Assembly: GCA_937899865.1 (NCBI GenBank)
Contig: CALBRH010000062.1
Location: 1-43,026, forward strand
Source of the DNA: an uncultured euryarchaeote
GTDB lineage: Archaea > Thermoplasmatota > Poseidoniia > Poseidoniales > Poseidoniaceae
Direction of reading: 5' to 3'
DNA length: 43,026 nt
Shown here: positions 8,954 through 18,000 of the stretch, one piece after another
Numbering within the stretch: the first letter of the stretch is position 1
Layout: each line of letters begins with the position of its first letter
Notes under the pieces: model-generated
Told to the model about the DNA's origin: nothing
Databases searched by the model: none
The model's input: the letters and a program-made list of their open reading frames with translations, nothing else
Program-made: the position numbers and the translations under genes

Positions 8954-9235
8954 ATGCCGAAACCTTGGACCTCCCATCTAATTAGAGATGCTCTTGGAGT
9001 TAAGAAGTGTAACGGTAGTATGGAGGCCGCGACCGAAGACCTACCTTTGGAAAAGGCAATTGAGGTTGCCAAGAAGAAGCATGGCGAAGGTCATCTGACC
9101 GGTGCGGACTTGAAAGCACAAACACGCGAAGTTATCGGAACTTGTGTGTCAATGCGTGTCAAGATCGACGGTCATTGGGCGAATGAGGCGCTCGCAATAA
9201 TCAGTAAAGGAGATTGGGACGAGCGCTTTGTTTGA
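8954..9235 (+). CDS. rpl11: 50S ribosomal protein uL11, C-terminal rRNA-binding domain only (93 aa)
   Basis: PWTSHLIRDALGVKK matches archaeal L11 PPTSALIKKELGIEK; EVIGTCVSM conserved; directly before rpl1; GGAG SD before ATG 8954. Confidence 0.88.
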   Translation: MPKPWTSHLIRDALGVKKCNGSMEAATEDLPLEKAIEVAKKKHGEGHLTGADLKAQTREVIGTCVSMRVKIDGHWANEALAIISKGDWDERFV

Positions 9236-9246
9236 ATTCACGGACC

Positions 9247-9275
9247 GCAGGAGAGGATAAAACCTCGTGGACTGC
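9247..9275 (+). promoter_or_regulatory. Putative uL1-binding autoregulatory RNA element
   Basis: GCAG/CTGC stem, GA, GAGG/CCTC stem with ATAAAA loop, GTGGA asymmetric loop; abuts the rpl1 SD (GGGGTGAGGT 9277-9286). Confidence 0.55.
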
Positions 9276-9289
9276 AGGGGTGAGGTAAT

Positions 9290-9934
9290 ATGGAAGAGAA
9301 AATTAACCAAGCAATAAAGGACGCACTGGAGAACGCTCCAGAGAGAAAGTTCGTCGAATCTGTTGACATTTCGTTTACCATAAAGGATGTCGATTTGAAG
9401 AACCCAAACAACCGTATCAAGGAGGAAGTGAGACTTCCTTCAGGTCGTGGTAAAGAATTGAAAATTGCAATGTTCGCTGCCGGAGAAGCCGCAACCAAGG
9501 CTAAGGATGCAGGAATAGACGTAATAACTCCTCAAGAAATTGAAGAATTAGGCGGTAAGAAAGGGAAAGCAAAGAAAATTGCAAACTCCTATGATTTCTT
9601 CCTTTCAGAAGTCCCTCACATGGGTCTAATTGGACGATATCTTGGTGTTGTTTTAGGTCCAAGAGGCAAAATGCCAAGACCAGTTCCTCCTACATTGGAT
9701 CCTTCAGTTATCGCTGCAGGTCTAAAATCAACAGTTATTGTCAAGTCAGGCGACAAGATGACTTTCCATGCAGCAATTGGTACTGCAAAGCAAAGCCAAG
9801 AAGAATTATCTGCTAATGCAATGGAAATTTTCAATCGTGTGATTTCTAAGTTGGAGCGTGGAGTTGGTAACATCCGTTCACTATACATCAAGACCTCAAT
9901 GGGTCCTGCTCAAAGAATCGAGGTGATCAATTGA
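9290..9934 (+). CDS. rpl1: 50S ribosomal protein uL1
   Basis: RKFVESVDI, LGPRGKMP, KTSMGP motifs; strong SD. Confidence 0.98.
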   Translation: MEEKINQAIKDALENAPERKFVESVDISFTIKDVDLKNPNNRIKEEVRLPSGRGKELKIAMFAAGEAATKAKDAGIDVITPQEIEELGGKKGKAKKIANSYDFFLSEVPHMGLIGRYLGVVLGPRGKMPRPVPPTLDPSVIAAGLKSTVIVKSGDKMTFHAAIGTAKQSQEELSANAMEIFNRVISKLERGVGNIRSLYIKTSMGPAQRIEVIN

Positions 9935-10944
9935 TTCCAAAAGTAATGCCTTGGAAGAAAGATACTGTTGCTGATTTAGTGTCTTTGCTAAAGAGCGGCA
10001 ATACAATTGCTGTAATCGATATTCACGGTGTTCCAGCAGGTGCTATGATTGGCATGAGAAAAGATCTACGAGCCTCAATGAACATTCAAGTTGCAAAGAA
10101 GCGCTTGATGAAAATTGCTTGGGAACAGTGTGGGTATGATTATGAACACCTTGAAGCATTGTTCAAGTCAGCAGTTCAACCAGCTCTAGTTTCTACAGCA
10201 GAGATGAACTCTTTTGGTTTGTTCACTGAACTAAAGAAGACTGAAGCCGGTCGAGCAGCAAAGCCTGGTGATATTGCACCATACCAAATCGTTGTTGAAA
10301 AAATGGATACTGGTATGCCACCAGGTCCTATAGTTGGTGACCTAAACTCAGTAGGAATTCCTGCTAAAATTATGGGTGGCTCGGTTCAAATTCAAAAGCG
10401 CACCGTCATTTTAGAAGAAGGCGAAGTATTCGAAGGCGAACTTGGTATGATGCTGTCAAAGATTGGCATCAATCCAATTGTTACAGGTTTGAAACTTTGT
10501 GGAACTTTAGAAGACGGAGTTCTATTCGAACCATCCACTTTAGATCTTGATTATGATCAATTCAAATCCGACCTAATAAGTTATGCTGCAGGCGCATTCA
10601 ATCTTGCTTGCAACATTACATGGTTTACAAGTCAAACCATGCCTACCCTGGTCGCAAAAGCCAGCAGCGAAGCACTCGCTGTGGCGGTCGAAGCAGCAGT
10701 TGTCAACGATACAACTGCTCCACATATAATCGGCAGAGCAAACCGTGCTGCATTAGGCATCGCTGGTTCGCTATCTGCTGAAGCACTCGATGACGAACTG
10801 GCAGCAATGCTAGGCGCAGCCGCAAGCGCTGCAGCCGCAGCACCTGCCGCTGTCGAGGACGCTTCTGAGGCTCCAGCCGAAGCCGAAGAAGAAGAGGAAG
10901 AAGAGGACGCCGGATTTGGCGGACTTGGAGATCTATTCGGTTGA
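9931..10944 (+). CDS. rpl10: 50S ribosomal protein uL10 (archaeal P0), TTG start
   Basis: Archaeal domain II (AKPGDIAP...TGMPPGP), Ala-rich hinge, acidic tail ending GGLGDLFG; GAGGTGA SD; TTGA overlap with the rpl1 stop. Confidence 0.97.
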   Translation: MIPKVMPWKKDTVADLVSLLKSGNTIAVIDIHGVPAGAMIGMRKDLRASMNIQVAKKRLMKIAWEQCGYDYEHLEALFKSAVQPALVSTAEMNSFGLFTELKKTEAGRAAKPGDIAPYQIVVEKMDTGMPPGPIVGDLNSVGIPAKIMGGSVQIQKRTVILEEGEVFEGELGMMLSKIGINPIVTGLKLCGTLEDGVLFEPSTLDLDYDQFKSDLISYAAGAFNLACNITWFTSQTMPTLVAKASSEALAVAVEAAVVNDTTAPHIIGRANRAALGIAGSLSAEALDDELAAMLGAAASAAAAAPAAVEDASEAPAEAEEEEEEEDAGFGGLGDLFG

Positions 10945-10961
10945 AAATGAGGTGAAAAAAT

Positions 10962-11270
10962 ATGGAATATGTATACGCTGCTATGTTATTGCACGCTGCT
11001 GAAAAAGACATTGATGAGAAGGCTGTTGGCGCCGTTTTGAAGGCTGCCGGCGTAAAAGCTGACGATGCTAGAGTGAAGGCACTTGTTGCTTCACTTGCTG
11101 GTGTTGACATTAGTGAAGCCATGACCCAAGCTGTTGCTGCACCTGCTGCCGCTGCTCCTGCAGCCGGTGGTGCCGCACCTGCTGCTGCCGCTGAGGAAGC
11201 CCCTGCTGAAGAGGAGGAGGAAGAAGATGACGGTGGCGGTTTCGAAGGTCTAGGCTCTTTGTTTGGCTGA
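10962..11270 (+). CDS. rpl12: 50S stalk protein P1 / L12
   Basis: [11 protein letters not shown] start, Ala-rich hinge, EEEEEEDD...GLGSLFG tail; GAGGTGA SD. Confidence 0.98.
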   Translation: MEYVYAAMLLHAAEKDIDEKAVGAVLKAAGVKADDARVKALVASLAGVDISEAMTQAVAAPAAAAPAAGGAAPAAAAEEAPAEEEEEEDDGGGFEGLGSLFG

Positions 11271-11447
11271 TCAAGACGGAAACCAATCCGATTTACCCTT
11301 GCCAGAGTAGGCGAGAGCATATCGACGCGGTTCATCGGTCTTATCAGGGAGGCCTCGTCCAGTGACGGGCCGTTAGCTGAACCGTGCAGAAACTGACAAT
11401 GGTCAGTTATTGGAAGCATTCATGCACTCAGTGCCGAAGGCATAGTC
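11271..11447. ncRNA. Candidate structured non-coding element (family not recognised)
   Basis: At least five helices by eye: 11298-303/11310-315, 11326-334/11378-386, 11351-359/11364-371, 11391-397/11402-408, 11432-435/11439-442. Confidence 0.35.
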
Positions 11448-11957
11448 ATGGTGCGAAAGGCAACTACCGATTTGGAAGTTAGTGTTTCACCAGTACAATG
11501 TGTCAAAGCATTTAGAAAACTCATTGAGGAAATTGGGTGGCAGATTGAACGCCATGAAGGTGCAAGACTTGTCGATAGATTCGCCATAATTGTTCCAATG
11601 GCACAATCGACTAGAACCATTGGAATAAAAATTCTAGATGGGCCATTGCGAGGTCTTGAACTCGCTTGTTGGTCAGAAACCAGAGGCTCACACGGGGCAA
11701 TAAATATCGCATCTTTCCTGCTCCCAGGCGGTCCAGATTTACCGATCACCAAATCGCTGATTGAAAATTGGGTTGCAATCCTGCCTCGCTGTCCATGGCG
11801 CTGGACATTTAGTGAACGTTCACAAGTAGGATACTTACTTCCAGTATGGCGTAAAGCAAGAAAAAACTTCAATGCTTTAGGCTTTGATACCTCGAAAAAA
11901 GGGTGGCCATACACTGCGAAAACAGTTTGGCCTCCCAAAGAACTCGAAGAAGAATAA
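11448..11957 (+). CDS. Hypothetical protein (169 aa, Trp/Pro-rich C-terminus)
   Basis: Clean ORF between rpl12 and the giant gene, same strand, followed by a T8 tract. Confidence 0.72.
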   Translation: MVRKATTDLEVSVSPVQCVKAFRKLIEEIGWQIERHEGARLVDRFAIIVPMAQSTRTIGIKILDGPLRGLELACWSETRGSHGAINIASFLLPGGPDLPITKSLIENWVAILPRCPWRWTFSERSQVGYLLPVWRKARKNFNALGFDTSKKGWPYTAKTVWPPKELEEE

Positions 11958-11965
11958 TTTTTTTT
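11958..11965 (+). terminator. Archaeal oligo(T) terminator candidate
   Basis: T8 immediately after the TAA at 11955-11957. Confidence 0.5.
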
Positions 11966-11996
11966 GAAAGGGGTAACAAATAAACCGGAGAAATTC

Positions 11997-12018
11997 CGCC
12001 TCCCCTTTAGGGGAGGCG
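11997..12018. repeat. Perfect GC-rich inverted repeat upstream of the giant gene
   Basis: CGCCTCCCC-TTTA-GGGGAGGCG, 9-bp stem. Confidence 0.8.
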
Positions 12019-12041
12019 TTACGCTGTCGGTAAAATCGTCG

Positions 12042-15000
12042 ATGAAAATCAAAACTTCCCTGTTTATTGTTTTCCTGATGATTTCCATGACTTGGTCTGC
12101 AGGAATCAATGAAATAGTCTCAAAATACGAACCTATAGACCGACTTTCTGATGGTACTTCGTTTGAAGCAAATGCTGGCTGTGACACATTTACAAGAGTT
12201 GCAGGAACTCCGATTTATGTCGACCCAATCAATGGTTCAGCTACATGGTCCGGGACGGTTAACTGTCCAAAAAACAGTTTGAGTGAAGCGGTTTCAGCAG
12301 CCGTTGCAGGCGACGAAATTATTCTTCAATCTGGCAATTACCATGACAATGTAACAGTGGATAACTTAGACAATCTAATTATCCGTGCTGCGGATGGAGC
12401 AAATGTGGTATTTGACGGAACAAAAAGCATAACTGGTGATATGGCTGCAACTTGGGGTACTGCCGATGGGTCTGGAATTCAAACAGTTACTTTGAGTGAG
12501 CCAGGTTGGCAATTATTCTACAATTATGATGAGCAAGTGCCTGCTCGTTGGCCGAATGCCGCATTTAGTGATGGCTCGGTTTTTGACCGAGATAATAACT
12601 GGGCACACGGCACAATGTCGGCTAGATCTATCGATAATACCGACAATGATGGCAATGGTTTTCCTGACGTAGGATGTTTTGCCGGTGAAGAATTATATCT
12701 CGATGGTAGCACTTGGAAATGTGTTGATTACGGCAACGGCGTGATGGAAGATGATTCAACCTGTTGTGGCAATCACTCAGGTTTAGTTGCAGCTGGAATT
12801 AATCCAGTTGGGGCAATTGCCATTCTCAACGTTGCATCTTTCCGTTCATACAGCAGAACGGTCAACACATGGGATTCTATCACAGGCACATTCACTTATG
12901 ACACAGTGCCAAATTGGAAAATCAAAGAACACGCTTACATGCTTGAAGGCAAGCGAGAATTGATTGATGTTGATGGAGAATGGTGGTTTGATAATTCCAA
13001 TAACGAGTTACATTACAAAACACCATCTGGCCAAGATGCTAACAATCTAGATTTACGAGTCAAGACTCAGCCCTATGCAATTACCGTAACCAACTCGGAT
13101 GGAGTAACCATTCAAGGCATTGATTTCTTTGGCACCACAATCAATGTCAACAATTGCGATGGGTGCTCATTTACCAACTCGACACTCGAATATCCAAGTA
13201 CCTCAAAGCGTGGTTTGGGCATTGCAGGAGAAGATGTTGATGACAGGTGGGCAACACGATTTTATCGCAGCACAAACACCTTTGTTGACCAGATTTCAAT
13301 AGTTTATACCGATGGAACAGCTATTGAATTCCACGGTTCAGCTGGCCAATCAAATAATAATACAATCAATAATTCGTATTTCCACCACATAGACTGGTCG
13401 GTTACAGATTTACCAGGGTTGATGGTTTCAGTCTTTGAAGGCGGTAGAGATTTCACCTTCTCTAACAGCACAGTTAGCCTAACTGGTGCATCAGCAACCT
13501 TGTCTCTAGGTGATGCACCTCAAGTTTGGTACAATGAGGTTTGGGGCACTGGTTATCTACAAAGTGATGGAGCAGTTGTTCAGATGATGCAAGAAGAGCA
13601 GAGTGATGCTAACATCGCCTACAATTGGATTCATGATACTGACAAGTATGGAATTAGAATGGACGGCCCAATTGGCGGTTCAAACAACGGCCGCAATGCA
13701 ACGGTACACCACAACGTACTGTGGAATGTTAGCGGTGCGTTGATGGTTAAAGGCGACTACCATGAAGCAACCAACAATACTGTCTTTGGCAGCGATGGCG
13801 GTAAAAATCACATCATCGTGCTTTACGAAAATGGTGCAGGAAATGAGAACTCAGTTATTTGGAATAATGCAGCAGACTCTATTGCTGCACATCGGGCAAA
13901 TGACATTTGGAACAACCCTCTTCAAGACGATACCTTTGGTATGAATTGGAATGGCTATACAAATGGTTATGATGAATCAATACAAGCCCGTAATCAACAT
14001 TCTTGCGCAGTTTATGAAAACGGATCTTTGTACTGCTGGGGCAGAAATAACTACGGGCAACTCGGTTTGGGCCTTATATCCAATCAAGAATTAACACCCC
14101 AATTTGTTGATGTTGGTGCTGGAAAAACTATTGCCATGATGGAATCAAGCGGTTCAGGAAACCAAGCATCGGGAATATTGACTCACACCTGTGCCGTTCT
14201 CAACGACGGCCAATTATTGTGTTGGGGGAATAATGATGACGGCCAACTTGGCATTGGGAACACTACAGCCGGAGGCGTTTGGGTTCCTACAGCCGTAGAT
14301 TTGGGTTCAGGCCGCAAAGCGATAAGTATCGCACTTTCTAACGGGGCATCATGCGCTTTGTTAGACGACCAATCAGTAAAATGCTGGGGCAAAAATAACA
14401 AAGGACAACTTGGATTGGGCAATACATCCTCAAATGATGTTCTAACTCCACATCTAGTAACCTTTACCGGCACAAGTAAGCCAGTGAAACTTTTCGGTGC
14501 ATTAACAGCATTTTGCGCACTCATGGATAATGGTTCAGTGGCTTGCTGGGGAGGAAATAATGAAGGACAACTTGGACTAGGCGATTTGATCGACCGAAAT
14601 ACACCAACTTATCTAACATTGCCAGCGGATCGCCAAGTCACTTCCATGGATATTGGGAAAAATTTCATCTGCATGTCTTTCGATGACGGCACAGTGGGTT
14701 GTACGGGTGACAATAATATGGGTCAACTTGGAATTGGAAATTTACCTGATGAATTAACTTTGACTCTCACACAGGATTTAGGAGACTATGCTTTGTCAGT
14801 AGATACGTCACAGCATGGAGCATGTAGTTTGCTTGTTAATGGTAGTATGATTTGCTGGGGATATACAGTTGACGATGTATTCGGTGTTGGATATACTGGA
14901 ACTTTCACACAATCATCCGTTCCAAGTCTATTCCCACTTATTGATTCTGCAAGAAATGTTGCCACTGCTTCGGTAGGCTACACCCATACTTGTACTATTC

Positions 15001-18000
15001 TTGATGACCAATCAGTATCTTGTTGGGGCAATAACGTTCGAGGGCAATTAGGATTGGGCAATTTTTCTTCAGATTCAGTTCATGACCCTGATACACTTAC
15101 TAGCCTTGACCCGCTTCGTAAAGGTACAGTAGAGCAACAACTCGTTGATCCAGACAACCGAGATTTCAGGCCAAAGTGGGGCTCACAACTACACGTTCTT
15201 GGCGCTGGTGCTTATGACGCAGATGATTCAAGCACATGGGTGCCAGGAATAGACTGGACTTATGTGGCGTTATCAAGTCCAACTGTAGGTTGTACTCATG
15301 AAGGTGCGCTAAATTATGACAGTAGTGCAGAATTTGAAGACGGCTCATGTTACTACATTACTATCACGCCAAGTACGACCAGTGCGGAGTTATCGGCGAC
15401 AACTCCAATGACGCCAATCACTATCTCAGCAACAACATCCTATGTTACTAACACCTCTTCACAACCATTCTACCATGCAATTAATGATGTGCATCAAGAC
15501 GCTGATATAGCGATTGATAGTAATGGCAACTCGCACATTTGTTACAGAACAGCAGATAACGGTGGTAACTTATTCTACATGACCGATGTCACAGGTTCTT
15601 GGGCATGGGAGGGTGTACACGCTTCAAGTGCTAATCTCGGATTAGAATGTAGTATTGCCATTGATTCTAACGACGTCATACATATTGTTTATCATCAAGT
15701 GAATAACATGAATATCAAATATGCAACAAGGGCCATTTCTCCTGACGGCTCAATATCTGGAGATTCAACATGGACTAAATCTAATATTGTCACACTTCCT
15801 GAAGTAGGAAGTTATATTTCAATGGACATCGCTGAAGATGACACATTGTATATGTCTTATTTCCAAGGTCCGCCAGAAGGCCAAGATTTACTTTGGAGTA
15901 AGAAAGCCCCTGGTGGTTCATGGGTAAATAAAGGAGCAATTGACACATCAGGTAATACCGGCAGGTATAATTCGATTGTTTATGATGAACTAAATTCAGC
16001 AGTCCATGTATCTTACAAGCGAGGAGATACCAATAATTTGAGGCATGCAGTCAATGAAGGCTCAAATACATGGGTTAAGCAAAATGTCGACGTCTCCCAG
16101 TCAACTAACGGAGACACATCAATAGCTATCGATTCAAATGGCTATGTCCATATTGCATATTCCAATAATGGTGGCTCAAAGGTGCTTTACTCCACCAATG
16201 CTGCAGGATCAGGATTTGTCACAACTGTTGTAGATCAAGGTGCAGATGCTCACTCAGGTTTGTCGATGCGACTAGACAAAAATGACAAGGCGCATATTGC
16301 ATATTACAACGGCAATGGAGGCACATTGAACTATTCTTCAAATGCTCAAGGTCCATGGATAAGTCAAATTCTTGATGGGCAATCCTCAAATGTTGGAAAG
16401 GGAGTTGAATTGGAATTAGATACTAATGGAGATTTATTCCTCACATATCTCAACGATGATAATGATCAGAGAAAGGTAGGTAAATTCCGTAGCCTAGCCA
16501 ATACAGAAACCTATGAAATCCATCCAGACTTACCTTCTGGATTGTCGTTTGGCGCCAATAATGGAACTATTTGGGGAACTCCTACTGAAGGATTCGCTGC
16601 CATAGATTATACGATTTATGCCAACACAACTACTCAATCTGCAACAACATCAGTTCAACTTATGTCGATGTGGCAAGTTGAGCCAAGTGTTGCTGGCGTT
16701 GAGATAACACAAGACGACACCATTACTCCAATCACTTTCAATTGGACCGGTTGGTCATCGAGTGTGCAAAACAGTTCGAGTGCGGCATATACTGCTGGCC
16801 AATCTGGTTATTACAATAGCATAGTCACCGATACTAACAACAAAGTGCACATAGTTTCGTATCGTGCAGGCTCGAAGGAGGACCTAAGATATACCACCAA
16901 TGAATCTGGCTCGTGGGTTACCACAACCATTGATTCAGATATGCGAGTAGGCCAGTATTGTAGCATTGCGATTGATTCATCCGATGGTCTTCATGTGTCT
17001 TACCACAGAAATGAGGGCAATGACTTGAAGTATGCATACAAGGCTTCAGGTTCTAATTCTTGGTCAAAGGAGACCATAGATAGTAGCGGAGGGAGATATA
17101 CCTCAATTGCTATTGACTCTAATGATAACCCGCACATCTCATACCGCGAGAGTGGTGGACACTTAACCCATGCGACATGTTCGAATAATTGTTTGAGTGC
17201 TACATCTTGGTCATTCTCGCCAATTATCACAGGGGTTAACGTTGAGTGGAACTCAATTGCTATTGATTCAAGCGATCACATACATGTCGCCATGTACGAT
17301 GCCACTTCAGATTACTTGCATTATGCTACTGATACGTCAGGTTCATGGGTTGGTTCAAATCTAAAAAACATATCCAATGCAGGCGGAATGGCTTTGGATA
17401 TTGCGGTATCTCCAATTACTGATGAGCCAGGAATATCATATCTTAATGCTCACACTGATGATTTAGAATACAAAGTGTATGACGGTTCTTCTTGGTCTAC
17501 CGAAGTAGTTCACTCTTCAGGCAGTGTCGGAAGATATAATTCCCTTGCTTATGATTCTCAAGGTTCGGCACATATTTCATACGAAATGAATGGTGCTGCG
17601 TTTGATGATTTATGGTATGCTACCGATGCCACTGGTTCATGGCTCATAGAAGGAATATATGTTCATCCAACTGATAGAACCGGTTTGGATACCGCAATCA
17701 CAGTAGATGCTAACGACGATATACACATAGCACATCGTAACACTGTCAACAGTGGCAACCTTTACCATCAAACTGTTCAGGGTTATATTTCTGGTTCATC
17801 AACACGCTCAGCATTGTCTGGCGCAACGTGTACTTTCTCACCTTCTTTGCCAACTGGTCTTAACGTGGAAGACGGGACATGTACGATTTCAGGAGCACCG
17901 ACCATACCACAAGTCAACACTACTCATACTATTACTGCAACCTCATCTACCGGTTTGTCTTATACCGGACAGTTCTACCTAAATGTGCTTGCTCAAACCC

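Noticed and set aside
10703-11419. 238-aa minus-strand ORF
   Set aside because: Antisense shadow of the Ala/Glu-rich rpl10 and rpl12 coding sequence.
11271-11447. SRP RNA, RNase P RNA, 5S rRNA, or SAM-I/TPP/FMN/glutamine riboswitch or hammerhead ribozyme
   Set aside because: Diagnostic motifs (SRP helix 8 UCAGG..GGAA..AGCAG, RNase P GAGGAAAGUCC, hammerhead CUGAUGA..GAAA with stems) are absent on both strands; only short partial resemblances such as CTTATCAG.
11449-11455. TGGTGCG match to the tRNA-Leu 3' end as an att site
   Set aside because: Only 7 nt, expected by chance, and it lies in a start-codon context.
11964-12041. 26-aa N-terminal extension of the giant ORF from TTG 11964
   Set aside because: It overlaps the T8 tract and the palindrome and would bury the signal peptide; ATG 12042 gives a normal signal sequence.
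11420-12187. 255-aa minus-strand ORF
   Set aside because: Overlaps two better supported plus-strand genes; no recognisable motif.
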